Shown here: piece by piece, positions 11,801 to 27,000 of the stretch | Position numbering within the stretch: the first letter of the stretch is position 1 | How the letters are laid out: each line of letters begins with the position of its first letter | DNA from: Eledone cirrhosa | Taxonomy: Eukaryota | Direction of reading: 5' to 3' | DNA: 64,000 nucleotides | NCBI GenBank assembly: GCA_964016885.1 | Contig: OZ024743.1 | Span: forward strand, 193,254,001 to 193,318,000 | Notes under the pieces: model-generated | Told to the model about the DNA's origin: nothing | What the model saw: the letters and a program-made list of their open reading frames with translations, nothing else | Database searches by the model: none | Made by a program: the position numbers and the translations under genes

Positions 11801-14800
11801 CTTTATGAATTATGTGAACTAGCAGAAAAACCACCCTTCAGGTGGTTTTTCTGCTAGCATGTGTAGTGTGCATATTGATATTAGCCTCACCATCACCCGA
11901 GGTAACATTGCGAGTGTGCTGGCTTGCCTAAAAAACCATTAGATAGGTTGCCCAGTACTCCTCGCTGCTGTCTTTTGCTCTGGTGGTGGCTCGGTTATTC
12001 ACCCCTTCCTTTACATTTTCTTTAATATTGCAACATTAAAGGAATATATCCTTCTGACAGAATCGTGAGCAATTTATAATGTTATCTAAGCATTTGTAAT
12101 GTTATTTATGTTATATATTTAAAACATATTTGTTATGTTATTCTACTGTAAATTTATTTATATGCTTTCTATATATCATATGTGTTCATATTTTCACTCC
12201 CATTTGTAACATTATTTAATAAAATAAAAATATATATTCATGTAGATATACATAAAATAAAATCGTAATTGACAATATACACAGACATTGAACGAAGACT
12301 GCGTTACAGTCTCTTATGTAATTAGTAACGTAATCCATCCACATCCTTTAAAATCTCCATGCTTCCTGAGATTCGCCAACACTACACCTAATATTCCCCC
12401 TCCATACACACGCACACATGTATATCATGACTCATACAATATTCACTTCCCTGACATTTGTATATTATTCTATGTACTATACATGCACCTTTGACGAGTT
12501 GTAGTGCACCTGAGCACTGTACACAATAATTTCATTATATTATATTATTAAAAAAAGATGATATTATATATAAACTGCATTAGGAGATAATTAGTGACGG
12601 AAATATATGAATGTTTATTTAAGCAATCGCTAACCGGAAGTGTTGACATTTGAAAATTTTTAAGAAGTGAATCTTTAAATAAACAATAAAATATATTTAA
12701 TCAACAGCTACAAAAATTGAATAGATAAATTATGTAATATTCATTCATTATTTATTCAAAGTAATCCAACTTATTTTATTAACTGGATTAAAAGAAATAA
12801 ACTGTACACAGTCCCGCACTCCTTAGTTTATTATAGTTTAGATAGCTTTCTCCTGGGGATTTTGTGAAGGCACATGGCTTAGTGGTTAGAGCATTGGGTT
12901 TGCAATCAGGAGGTTGTGAGTTCGATTCTCGAACCGGGTGGTGCATTGTGTCCTTGAACAAGACACTTTATTTCATGTTGTTCCAGTTTACTCAGCTGTA
13001 GAAATGAGTTGAGATGTCCGAGGTGCCAAGCTGTATCGGCCATTGCCATTCCCTTGAACAACATCAGTGGTGTAGAGAGGGGAGGTTGGTATGCATGGTC
13101 TTCCACAAATAACCTTGTCCTGACTTAACCCTCACAGATGAACTTTCTAGGTGCAAATCCCATGGTCATTTGTGACCAAAGGGTGTTTTATCCAAGCAAT
13201 TTTAGTAATTTCATTCTTTCTTATTCAGCAGGTTTTCTATGGCTAGATACCCATCTTGTCACCAACCACTGTAAAATGGTTGGTGATAGGAATGGCATCC
13301 AGCCATAGAAAACTTGCCAAACAAAGAACTGAAATGACTCTTCAGTTATGTCAAAAACATAATAGCCTTCCTTGTGTGGGTGTCACAATCAAATGCACCC
13401 TGTGCATTATTGAATGCAGGAGCTTATGTAAGCTAGATGTGGACCCCAGTAGCTCCTATTAAATACTGACTTTGACAGTAACAGCCTATGCAACCCTTGC
13501 TAACAGGGAAAAAAGATGTTAAATGATGATGATGATAATCACTAACTATTGTATATTTCTTTGGAATTGCTTATGACACATTTCTGGCAATAATGTTTGT
13601 TAAATTCCTTCATTTGACTATTTTACAAAGGTTCTCTAGATGGTTGTTTGCTTTGATAGTAAGGAGAGTTACAAGAAGAAAGGTATGTGATTAGCTGTAG
13701 AATATTTCAAACTATGTATGTTTAGACCCAGAACTCCTGAGGGAGTTGTAAGGGTTCCATGTTGACATAGTGTTTCTTAAGGCATTTTTAAACCTGGCAG
13801 AGCCCATCTCCTTTAGAGATCTGAATATAAGAAATTTCTTCCAGAGACAGATATAGAATGAAAGAAAGGAAGTGAGAAAGAGATATAGAGGAAGAATCAA
13901 CCCCAGTACTAGACTGATACTTTTTTTCATCAACCTCGAATGGATGAAAAGATGAAAGTTGACCTCAGCAGGATTCAAACTCAGCAGAAAGCTGGAATGA
14001 ATATCGCAAAGAAGTCTATCTGATGTTCTAATGACTCTGGCAATTCGCTGTCTTATTTCAAACTATAAAGCTTTGAAATAGTCTATCATAGGAAATTTAG
14101 CAAGAGTTTTGCAATTCATTCTAAGTACATGAAATGTTAAAATGTTAAGTTGACTCCAACCTACCTTTCATAGAAACTTTCACTCATACTCTCAGCAGTT
14201 GGTTCTGATTGTTGTTGCTGCTGGCTAATGTTTACAGCTTCTTTGATCAACTCAAGTTCATTAGGAGGTGATTGTGATGGAGTTAAGAATTCCTCTGATA
14301 AACAGAAAAATAAAGACTAACATTTAGAGCACTTAGTATTTTCATCTACAAAGAAAATTTCACATCATTAGGAAGCCTTGTTCATAATAAATGGCTAGTC
14401 ATGGGAAATTTGCCACACTAGGAAAGTTAAACATAATTTTCAAATAATTACACTTTTCTGTCTCAATAGAAAAACAAAAATGTTATTTTATCAATAGCAC
14501 TAACATAATAGAGGTATATATGGGGCATATATAATATGTTTATGTAAAATAAAAATAAGTCTCACTATGAATATCTTAAATTGTGACATGATTACATTTT
14601 AAAACATGTAGTCATAGCGAGACATGTGTATTATACATAAACATATTGTATACACCTCCGTTAAAAATGGTTTAATACATTTGTATTAAATACATACCAT
14701 CTTGGTCTTCAAACTGAAGGGGTTTCTCTGCCAAGCTGCCAGATACGGCATTCTGAAAACGGAGATAACCTAAGTCAAACACCACTAGTGTCGTATTCTG

Positions 14801-14992
14801 GTCAAAGAATGATTCTGGAACAATAATTTTTGGAGCAGCTATGTCTAATTTTATTTCAACCCGATTTTGTTGCTGTAATTATAAAAAAAAAAAAAAATAT
14901 TATATCTTCATATACATATAGATATCATCACCATTCAACATGGAAAAATGGCTATTAAACGGTAGTGGTGGTGAAGATGATGATGATGATGA

Positions 14993-15068
<76 letters not shown>

Positions 15069-18000
15069 CAGCATTGTTAAAAATGAAGAAAATGATAAAA
15101 CCTTAACAATTATTTATGATTAATACCACTAAAAGCTTATAAAAAATAAATGATAATCTTAATTGCATGCAACTAATCCCATTATCATATATATATACAT
15201 TTAATTAACATCAGAGGTCAGCACTGACCTTTAATAGCATTTAGCAGCTTAGGAGATATTTACATATTTAATTTTTTCACTCTCTGATACTTTTGCTGTG
15301 AAAGAAGGCAGAGCAACTCCACTTGTGTTAACACCATGATAAAATGCACCTAGTAAACTCTGTAAAGTGGTTGACAATTGAATGGAGATAATGCACAGTA
15401 GAGAGGGTTCTTTAGTCTTGTTGAAGATTTAACAACCTCTCTAGTGCTGGTACCATATACCCAGTTAAATGGTTGGTGTTAGGAAGAGCATCCAGCTGTA
15501 GAAACCATGCCAGACATTTAGGAGGGCAGTAACCCCAAATAAGAATTGACTCAGATCGTAACAATCTGTCCAATCCATGCCAGCATGGAAGGCAGACATA
15601 AATGGTGATGATGATGATGGTGCCTCTTTCACAAATGTTCTCATGCAAAATTCAGTTAACTAATTAATTACAAGCAACAAGATATGTTCAGTGATTTTGA
15701 TATCAATAAAAATAATAAGGCTTTTTTACATACAGGTACTTTCTTTCCTTGCAAGAGTTCCCGCCATCTGTGTTGTAGCTCAGTTTTCGTGTGGAATTTC
15801 AGATTTTGGTATCTTTTATATGCAGCATCTAGAAAAAAAATCAAAATTTTCTTCAGAGATCAAATCATTTGGTATTACTCACAATATGAAGTAACAATTA
15901 AAAAAGTGGATAAGGTCACAGATTTTTTTTCTTTTTCTTTATGGTTTATCCTGTAAAGTGGCAGTGCTGGTGCCATGATAAAATGCACTCAGTACACTCT
16001 GTAAAGTGGTTGGCGGTAAGAAGAGCATGCAGCCATAGAAAATCAAGTCCAAAACAAAACAGATGAGCAACATGTGGTCACCTGAACTGTCTGGCCCCAG
16101 AATGTAATAACCTGTTTAATCCATGCAAGCATGGAAAATAAATGTTAAATGGTAATGATGATGAGAAAGGGCAGCACTTTTGATCTTTTGCAGAGTGTTC
16201 AAGACTGGTGTGAGAGATGATGAGGCTACCATGGCATATGGGTAGTTGCAGCAAGAAGCAGTGAATGTAAACATTGAATTATCCTCACACCAAAAACCTG
16301 AGCCAAATGCTTGAAACAGTGTACTCTACTAAGAGTACTAAGACTACTTATAAATGTTAGAAACAATAAAAACAAAACATTGTGTGGTTATAGATAAATC
16401 TTACAAAAACCTACCTGTAAGGGTTTGGCCCATATCTTGTTGAGTTGAAGGAGATATAGTAAAGAAATCCTTCAGTTCTTTTACTGTATAAGGGTTACTG
16501 ACAATGGCTATTGATTTAGTTTTCACATATATTCTGGAAAAAGAAAAAGAAAATTAAAGTGGGGATGAACAATCATCACAATTATATTATCATAGATGCC
16601 TTTTTAAAATAAAATACACAGTTAATTTGTAAACAATTAAACAAATCTAGAAAACATGAACTCAACAGTCAGAAAAATTATAATCGTATTAACAAAAACT
16701 CATCTCAGAAATTCAACTTTACAGAGTTTCTTTTTAGTTTTGTTTCTATGACAGTGAACTAGCAGTAAAGTTAGAGCATAGGGTAAAATGCCTTGCAGTA
16801 TTTGCTCTGGCTCTCTGCACTCTAGGTTCAAATATCACAAAAAGACAAGTTAGATGCAAGTAGTCACATTCAGAAGTGAAGACCGACTGCTCCACCTACC
16901 CATCGATGGATACCTTTGATAATGTAAAATCAACAAATTTAATGAATCATCTGATACTGTACAGATAGATTAAAGAAAAATAAAAAAAAAATGAAACACA
17001 GTAAACTTACTTATACTTTTTATTACTGTTTGACTCTGACTTCTCAAAAGTCATCTGGAATATTTTCTCACAAGGATCAACTTCTGATTCAGACATTGGC
17101 ACTTCTTGGATAGCTGTAGTTTTGGCAAGAGGCTTGCCAAAACGCATTCTCCGGAATGTGTAAGAAATTTCCTAAAATACAATTAAAATATATATATATC
17201 ATCATCCTCACCGTTTAATGTCTGGGATACAGGATTGAGTTTCCACCTATTCCTTTCCTGCACACTGAGTAGGAACATTTCCCTAAGGGTATCAGGGCAC
17301 TGTTTTTCTTTTCTTTCTACTCACTAGGATTTTGGTCTTTGCCGGGTCGACTTTAAGGCCTTTTGTTTCCAAGCTATGCCTCCATGTCTGAAATTTCTTC
17401 TCTAATTCTGTCATAGATAGCTATGAGGGTCAGATCATCAGCATATACGAGTTGCTATGGGCAACCAGACTTAAATTCCTCTATTATAGCCTGCAGGACA
17501 ATAATCAACAGGAGGGGTCTAAGAATGGTCCCTGGTGGACCCCCACTTGTACACTAAATTCTTCACTATACTCATTGTTAATTTTGACTTTGCTGGTGAC
17601 TCCTCTGTACATGGCTTGTACCATCCTGATGAGCCACCCATCTACCCCTAGTTTTCTGAGGGCCCACGAGATTATGTATTTTCATTAGAAATATGATAAA
17701 AGGGTTAATCAAAAGTGAAAAAAAGTTATCTAAATAATGAAAATTATTAAGAACAAAATATTTCCCAAACAGAAAAACCCAATAATCGTTAGCTTTACAA
17801 TATAACAGTGGCAACAATCCATGAATTCATTTAATAAATATTGGATTACATAACAACTTAATGGAGACAAGAATAATTGTATTTAACTAAGTAAACATTT
17901 TTACCTTTGGATTTGGAACTATGAGACTGGGGAAACAAGATTCTTTAACAAGTCTGTCCTGTAGTTCAAAAATTCCTAAGCTAAGACAAAACTTGTAAGC

Positions 18001-21000
18001 ACCAACTTGAGGTCGGACTTCAATATTAATGTTGACATCATTGCACTCTGCAACAAGCATCTCTCGGATGGTGATGTCTATAACAAAAAAATAAAGCAGA
18101 AATAGAAAAATGTGTATGCATATATATACATATGTGTGTGTGTGTGTGTATATATATATACACATAGTAATAATAATAAATACTAAAAACATGGTAGCAG
18201 GAAAATATTTGGCTAATTTAAATAATTTAAAAAGTAAATAAGCCTCCTGATTTTTTCAAAGTACAAATTACCATATTTCCCAGCATCGAAGACGCTACTT
18301 TTTTCCTAAAATAAGTCTCAAAAACCTACCGTGCGTCCTGGTGGCTGAAGGTAGTTTATTAGTTTTTTTCAAATTTTTGGTTGTCAAAATTAGGGTGCAT
18401 CCTCAAGGACGAAGCACCTTTGGTGCCGGGAAATACGGTAGTTCTTCCCACTTCCCAAATGATGTAATTAGATCTCTTTTACTCTCTTTTCATACAAATA
18501 GCTAAACTCAAGTGAACATTATCGTGTATTACTGTTATGTTTTTCTACTTTTTAGCACAGATTAAAAGTTTAAGCAAACAATTTCTGCTTTCACGCTTAT
18601 GTGGGATCTCCTGAAATTGAGATATATCAATCTGTGGATGCAGATATAAATATTTTGAAATATTGCCTATAAAAAGTAGAAAAACACACACACACATATA
18701 CTCTTTTACATGTTCCAGCCAACAGGCTGAGGCCATACTGGGGCACTGCCATATATCATCATTTAACATGTTTCCCTGTTAGTAAGGGTTGGACAGTCAG
18801 TATTCAAGCAAAGCTACTGGCCTCTCAGATGGGTTAGGGGTATGCATATTGCTTACGTACGTTCTTGTACTCTACCAATGGCTCAGGTGGGCCAGGGCTC
18901 CACATCTTGCACTCTACCAATTGCATTTTATCGTGGCACCAGCACATATGAGGCTGTTATATATTTGAAACATTTTCTACGGTTGGATGCCTTTCTTATC
19001 ACCAACCACTTTGCAGAGTTTACTAGATGTGTTTATCACCAACATTAGGGAATTTATCAAGTCTTTGACAGAATATATATATAGTAACAACAAAGTAATT
19101 TATTTTGTTGATGAAATGTTTAATTGAGTCAATCTAAATGCCAGAATGACTATCATATTTCCATCAATATCAAATCATACCTTTCTCAGTACTTGTGAGC
19201 AACTTCATTGAACCTTTCTTCAGACAGAAGTTTAATGTAGCAAATACTTTGTCTCGTTTGTAAAATGTGTCACTGTCCATAGTTTTATTCATAATGTCCA
19301 TCAGTTCTCGTTCTATAAAAATACAATATATTTGGGATTTAAAGATATAAGTGGTGTTAATAATATGATTGCTAATTATATAAGTTTAGAATGATTACTG
19401 CATATAATAATTTAAATTAAGTCCAAAACAAAGTTCTAGGTTATGATTGAGAAGTAGTGTGAACTTAATCTTTGCTGCAAGTGAATTTGGAATGGAACAT
19501 AACTTATCTGAAGGAATGATAAATATAATAAAAATCAAACAGAATACATCTTAACAGCCAACAAAAAGCTGACTAAAAATGATTTCCGAGAAATGGTTAG
19601 TCAATGAAGCAAATGGATTTTTGAGATAGACAATCAAGAATAATTGATAGATTCAATGAAAAGAATACCTAAGTTTTCTCTATCTTCAGAGGATTCATCG
19701 GGAGAAGTTTCAGCTTCACTACTTAAACAATCAGGAGACAATGGTTCTGAATAACCAACAGCCCATGATAGCCAACTTTGGAGGTAACCTGTTTTATACT
19801 CTTCTGGTGTTTGTGTTACAGGAGTACTTGGCTAAAGGAGAGGAAAATAAAATATATGTTGAAAACATTCTCACACAAATAATAAATTTCAAGTTATATG
19901 TAATAAATAAATTTTTATTTAATCAGTTTTACAAAGTTAATAATAATAATAACCAGAAGATGAAGAAAGATGAATGTATAAACAAAGAAGAAGCATTCAT
20001 CATCATCATTGTTTAATGTCCATCTACGCAAGTATGGGCTTAGTAATAGCTCAAAGTGAGCCAAAGAATGCCAGGAAACTGAGCATATGTTGATCCTTTA
20101 ATTCAAGAAGTTCAGTCTATTTGGACAAAATTTTCTTGGAGTTTTTTGTTCTTTCCTATCATCATCATCATTTTATGTCCGCTTTTCCCTGTTTGCTAGA
20201 GTAGGATGGGTCCTATTCAGCACAGCATCTCTTCACTTGTTTATATATTTCATTTGTAGTCTAGATAATTTGTTTCAGGAAAATTTTTAAGCCATACCAT
20301 AATTTGCATTTTAATCTATTATATTCTCAATGATAACATCATCATCTTTTTAAGTTGTTTTCCATGCTGGCATAGGTTGGACAGATTAGCAGTCTAAGGC
20401 TAGATGAGTAAGAGAACCTTGTCTTACTTGTGTGTTACATTTTTGGCATGGTTTGTACTACTGGATGCCTTTCCCAATACCAACCACTTTACATAGTATA
20501 CTGTGTGCATTTTATTGTGGCACCAGCATTTTATTGTGTGCATTTTATTGTGGTACCACTTTACAGGATATGCTGGGTGCTTTTTATCATGACACCAACA
20601 CTACTACTTTATAGAGTGCTGGGTGTTTTCTATCATGGCACCAGCACTAGAGAAGTTGTGTTTCTAACAAGACTAAAAAGGAGGCCTCTAAACCCAACAT
20701 AGTCTCATTTCATTTGCGACCACTTTACAGCATGTGTTGAGTGCATTTTACCATGGCACCAGCATTAAAAGTTTACAGAGTGTACTAGGTGCATTTTATT
20801 GTGGCACCAGCACTACCACTTCAGTGTGTGTACTGAGTGCATTTTATCATGGTACCAGCACTACAACTTTACAGAGTATACTGGGTGCATTTTATCATGG
20901 CATAAAACTAAAGGAGCACTTACTATCCTTCATTGTCTCCATTCAATCAAGGCAATATATTATTATTATTATTATTCCTTAACCAAGTTACCAGAGAAAG

Positions 21001-24000
21001 CTTTTCAAACAAAAGCAGGTAAAAGTCAGACATTAAAAATTGGGAACTGATTGAAGCTTTAATTGATTATATTTATTAGAAAACCATTATAGATATTTTC
21101 CATTACCTTTGCAACTTCCTCCATCATGTCTTTGTTAACTTTGTCAAATGCTAGCAACCGAATGGTTTTAATTTCTTCGATGTTTAGCTCATCTTCCATT
21201 TTCCTTTGGTGTTCCTGAAAATATATTTAAATTATGAATGTAGAAATGGTAAAAAAAATCTTTATAAGGCTTATCATATTGTCAAAAATATTGGATTCTC
21301 ACAGAATTCAAATATAAATTTAATTCGTTATTAACTTACAACCTTTGCAAAGTCAATATCTTTCCAAATCACTTTACACATGAATGTTAGGAGAATCAAT
21401 AATTTTATAAATCTAAAATCAATTTCTAAGGAGGCAAAGAAAAAAGTTAACTGAATTGCTAGGAATAGCTTTATTCAAGAAGAACAGCTCAAAATAGAGA
21501 GAAAAATATAACACAGACACATAACTAGATATTATTGTTTTAGAATAGGAAATATGTCTAACCCATGCTAGCATGGAAAATGGACGTTAAACGAAGATGA
21601 TGATGATGATGATGATTTAAAAAAATCTGTATTGTCATTATCACTGTCATTTTTTTTATGTCGACTTTTCCATGCTGATATCGCTTGGATAGGACTTTAT
21701 GAGGCAATGTTTTATAGCCAGATGGTCTTCCTCACACCAACGTTTTTAGTTGCTTTCTAAACTGGATACACACAGCCTTATGTATTTAGAAATTTATGGG
21801 GAAACATCCCATTGAATGCAGGTCTAATTAGCTGACAAGCTGACAAGATATAAACAATTGGCATTTGTATTTTGATGTTGAAAACTAATAAAACACATAT
21901 TCATAATGCACAGCACTTATTAAAAAAACTTACATCTTTGTATTGTAATAGTTACAAGGAATTGAAACTTGGTGACAGAGATAAATACTTTGGTTATAGA
22001 CAAATGTAAAGAGTTCTTTACTTCAGAGGTTTTTGACAAACAAGTACAACAAAAATAATTGCAGTTTTTTGAAGGCTAAATAAATTGGATTTGAGGAGAG
22101 GAGGAGGTTATGGTCACATATAGTTATAGTTTTATTGTGAGATCATGGATCTGCACCTGGAAAGTTCCTCTCCAAGGCACAGGCTTGGGCAAGAATTTTT
22201 GTGGAAGACCAGTAGTCACCCATGCATACATGCCTCCCCTCTTTATGCCACCAATGTTGTCCAAGGGTAAGGCTAGTGCCAATATAGCTTGGCACCAGTT
22301 ACATTGCAGGAATTTAATCCAACACTAACAACTCTGCCAAAATTTGTTGCCTTTTTAGTCCAATAATTTAATATTATCAATTGTATTTCCATTAAAACAA
22401 ATAACAATTTTCTTTATTTATGGCAATAAATAAAGAAATCGATCAGAAATATAAGTTTCTATTAAAAATTGAGTAATAAATTAGATATTCGATTTATCAG
22501 CCTGTAAATGTGTCAAGAAAGTAGCACTTACTATCATTGTAATTGAACTAGTCTGTATTAGGGATGCACAATAAGCTTTGTAGTAGTTCACTAAATCCCG
22601 TGCTCTCTGAACAGACCTCTTTACTGAGAAGTCACGCTGTCGACCTTTTATGAAGTACAAATATGCAGTGATTGCATAGTCCCACCATTGCCTTGGACTG
22701 AAATATAACGCAAAAGAAATTATATCATTTTCTTTCAAAAAATAAAAAAAAATAAAAACATCTCTGACATAATTTCCAAAATATGAAAATTATATTATCA
22801 TCATTACCGTTTAACATCTATTTTTCATGCTTGAATGGATTAAATGGGTTGTTGCGAGCTGAGGTCAAAGCAGTGTGCCCTGCTCATATGCTCCATTTTG
22901 GCTTGGTTTTTATGGTTGGATGCCCTTCCTAATGCTCGTGTGTATTGGGAGCATTTTATCGTGACTCTGATACTACCACTTTACAAAGTGCTTTTTGTGG
23001 TGGCACCAGCACTATCTCATTACAATACTAAGTTGTGAAATGCCCTTGCTCTGACTGAGAAGCCATTAATGAGGATTGAGGGTCTATAAATGAGAGGAGG
23101 AATATGCAATACGGTACTGAGGAGGGGAAGTGGAATACATATATATATATAAATAAAAGAAAAAAATTTTTATTGAAACCAGAAGCATCTGTAATCTTAT
23201 GACACATAAAGTTCATTTATCGCCCCTGCTTTTCTGAACTTTTTACTTTGTTACTTCTCTCTAATCATTTATTATTAGCTATTAGCATCCTTATGCTACT
23301 GAAGATTGTCTTTGGATTTGCTTGTCCCAGATTTGTGGAAATAACTTAATTTTCATTGTCAGGCCAGCCTTTAATTGTAATTAAAGCCTCATAAAGCAAA
23401 AACATGCTTCTCTTTGCTTTTTTAATACTTAAATATAAAGGAGACATTGCAAGCGGAAGGTGCCCACAATTTAGAGGCTAACTTATCCCTAAACCTATTC
23501 AATATGCTTATATCTCATCCCATAAGACACTCATAATATTTAATCTTATCCAGATACCATGTTAAACCCCTTTCACCCTTCTTCTTCTCCAGAACATGCA
23601 TCACCCTGAAACTCCCAACCTGCTCCCCATCTCTTCCAATCAATAATTTTCAAAAATTTAAACTGAATCTTATCTGTACGAAACTGATTTAACTATCCCA
23701 AGACCTCTATCAAAAAGGGCCTTCTTTCTTGTAAATCTAGCCTAAAGCCTAATACTCTGGCCAGTTTAATGTCACTACTTGGTTCTTGAGTGACTTTAAC
23801 AGAGTTTAATTTGGACCAGCCCACTGATTCTCAACTGTAATCTAGCCCAACTTCACAGATATACATATTGGGCATCAGCTGCATCATTTTATCCTGTCTA
23901 AGAGGTCCTGTAAAGGTTAAAGGCACCACCTATTCTTTTATTTTGTATTAAATAACAACAAAACATCTTTCAAATGAAGGTATATGATATTTATACTTAC

Positions 24001-27000
24001 TTCTCTTTACAACTAACATCTGGCCTCCATTTAAGACAACGGTAAAGTCTGTCCTGCTTGTCAAGTTCTCTGGTCCAGTAGACAAGATTTTTATATTGGA
24101 CGTTGGAAAGTGACACAGCAAGTTCTTCAATAATAATATCAGTACTCAGGCGTGGTGTACTAGCTGAGATCAGTGGCAACTCACTTGTGTTTCTTTTAAT
24201 TCTTGAACGAGCATTTGTTGGGGACAACACATAATCATGTGTCTGTTGGTGGTAAGAAATAATGTAAATATAGAAATATTATAATCAAGTAAAGTTATCA
24301 AGATCAAATGAGATACTATAACAACTGACAAATATATTTATCTTGGTCAGCTAGTAAACATGAAATACAGCCTAGGAAAGTAAAAAAGATTAATCCAAAT
24401 TGAATGGTGTGTGCTTTTAGTAGATTAAATAATATAAAAAAAATGCATGATGCCTCAATGCCTGAAGTACAGAGTGTTTGATTTGCATATCATACTAGCA
24501 ATGACTTAAGGAGCAGAGATATTGTCAATGACTAAAAACATGAAACTGAAGCATAGAACAACACACAAAAGCATGAAAAGATGACCGCTAAGAATGGCTA
24601 AAGAACAAGAAAACTTGTTACTAGATAAGAGACCCAACAAAAATACAAAACATCATAGAACATATTAAGAGAAAATGGAAGTGGGTAGACATGGCTTAAA
24701 CAAATAACAAATGAACAAAACTGTTTAGAGAACAGTGACTGAGAGGGAAAGGTTCACGTAGTCAAAGACAAACATGAGATGGAGAGATGAAATTCATACA
24801 TTTATGTACTGGGTACATTTTATTGACACCACCAATACCATATGACATGGTGACCTGAGTGCTTTTTATGATGGCAGCAACACTACCATTTTACAGTATA
24901 GGCTGATTTGATTTTGTGACACCAGTATTACCACTTTACAGTGCAAGTGCATTTTATTATTGCACCTGCACTAGGTTGCTTGTGTCTTCAGCCAAGCTGG
25001 GAAGGCAATGGTAGGGAGTGAGAGGAATGAGACCTGGTGAGAATAGGCTACCTGTTGCTTGCTGAGAAAAGAAGAGGTGGCCTTAAGGGGAGTGACATCT
25101 GGCAGTATTTTTTTATGGGGTGCACTCATCTTTCCATACTGGCATGGTTGGATGAGGAGGTGGGGATTCAGGAATAAACTTGGGGGTGAGAGTGGCCTCA
25201 GCAAAAAGGTAAGAAACCAATATTATATTTAAAAGAAGTCAATGATAAATGATTTTATCTTCCCCATAATTAAATCCATGATTTACTGTATATTCTTAAA
25301 TATAAGCCAGCTCCCTATTTTATGTTTGAGAAATGGACAAAAATCCAAAGCCTGTGCATCAGATGAGGCAGCTGATCAATATATAATGTTTAGATGGTGC
25401 AATAGAGAATATATTTATGAAGTTTTAATATTTTGATATTTAAAATGTTTAAGTTTCATTTAGAGTATAATTTTTGTTTCAGAATTCTATTACGTAATGA
25501 TTTTTTTTATCAATTTCCGATCATTTTGAAGGCCATATTCATTCAAAACACATTATAAATGAATTTCATGTCAAATGTGAAACTGGTGTAATATTCATCT
25601 CAAAAGCGAAAATATTTTAGAACCTCTTTTATGTTGAATTTTGAAGTTGGTGAAAATCAGCAAAATATTGACCTTAAATATAAGTCACCCTTCTATTTTA
25701 CCATTGATTGAGTATTTAATAAATAGTTTCTTACCTATACACACAGACACACACATAAACCACAAACACATACAAGAAAGTGTAAAAAAGTTAAAGCATT
25801 GGAAAGATTGTATTACTATTAAGTATCTTACAGTGATGTTTTTTACAAACACTAGATCATCCTACTAACTTTGCTTTGTAATTTCAGATATCTTGCTAAA
25901 ATATACTATATAATGAATGAAGAGTGAAGGCAGAGAAAAAAGGTTTTACTCATTAACTTCAAATTAGTAGAAACTACTTCACATACTTGACAACAAACAA
26001 TTAGAGAGAAGTTAAAGGAATGGAATTAGAAACATTAAATGAAAAATTGTTTGACTTACATCAAATCCATCTCGCAGACTTTTGCCACTTTGTAGTAATG
26101 TCTGTAAGTAAAACAGTAAACTTGTTTGTATTAACCAAATGCTGAAATTCATCTTCATCATAAATATTTCTACATCCCATTTTTCTTACAAGCATCAGTT
26201 GGATAGATTTCAGGTACACTATACTACAATTTATCTTATCTGTGAGGGTTAGCATTCCAATATCTAGCTTCATCATTCATTCCTATATCTTCATCAGTCT
26301 ATAACCACTGCCATAGTTATCTCCACTGTCAGCCCATCCCATTATTCCACCCAACACTCATCACTTGATCACATCATATGTCCAGACCAGTGCAGTTCTC
26401 TCTTCTACACATATCAACCAATGCCTTTAATGACTAGTCACTCTTCCAAACCACTTTAGGCTCACTTTTCATAGGTATAGCCAGTAAGCCAGTAAGACAT
26501 GAGTATATTTGATAACTACTTACTTCAATTAAGTGGAATGGATGGCTTTTTTAAAGAAATTTAGCAGTAAAATACAAGCTTGTAATATGTAATATTTCGA
26601 TCAATCACTGAGACTCCATAGCATTTGAACTTAGCATTGCAAGTTAATGAAATGTTTAATGAACACAGTATGCTTCACAGATTACTGCAGTTAACTTTAG
26701 TTCCCCATGGTATGTATTTATAACTAGGTAAATTGGGAAATATCTTTTCCAGGGGCACAGCATAGTACAAAACAGATAACAGGGTCAATCATCCAATTTT
26801 TTAATAAAAAGACAAGTATCCTATCAATGCACACAGTTGTATTTCTCAATAAAACATAAAAATATAAAATAAAATAATAAATAAAGTATACTAAACAGAG
26901 TTATAACATTTAGGAAAAAATCTAATTCAACTTAAGATCAACAGTGAAATTATTTTTGTTAAACTATTTAATGATTAAAGAACTACTAATGAAACACCAG

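Noticed and set aside
12633-12642. ACCGGAAGTG ETS-type motif as an internal promoter
   Set aside because: A single short motif among repeat remnants, with no CpG-rich context or other support
20484-20902. CRISPR-like array
   Set aside because: Units are contiguous and degenerate with no unique spacers, there are no cas genes, the context is a eukaryotic intron, and the unit derives from retroposon 3'UTRs
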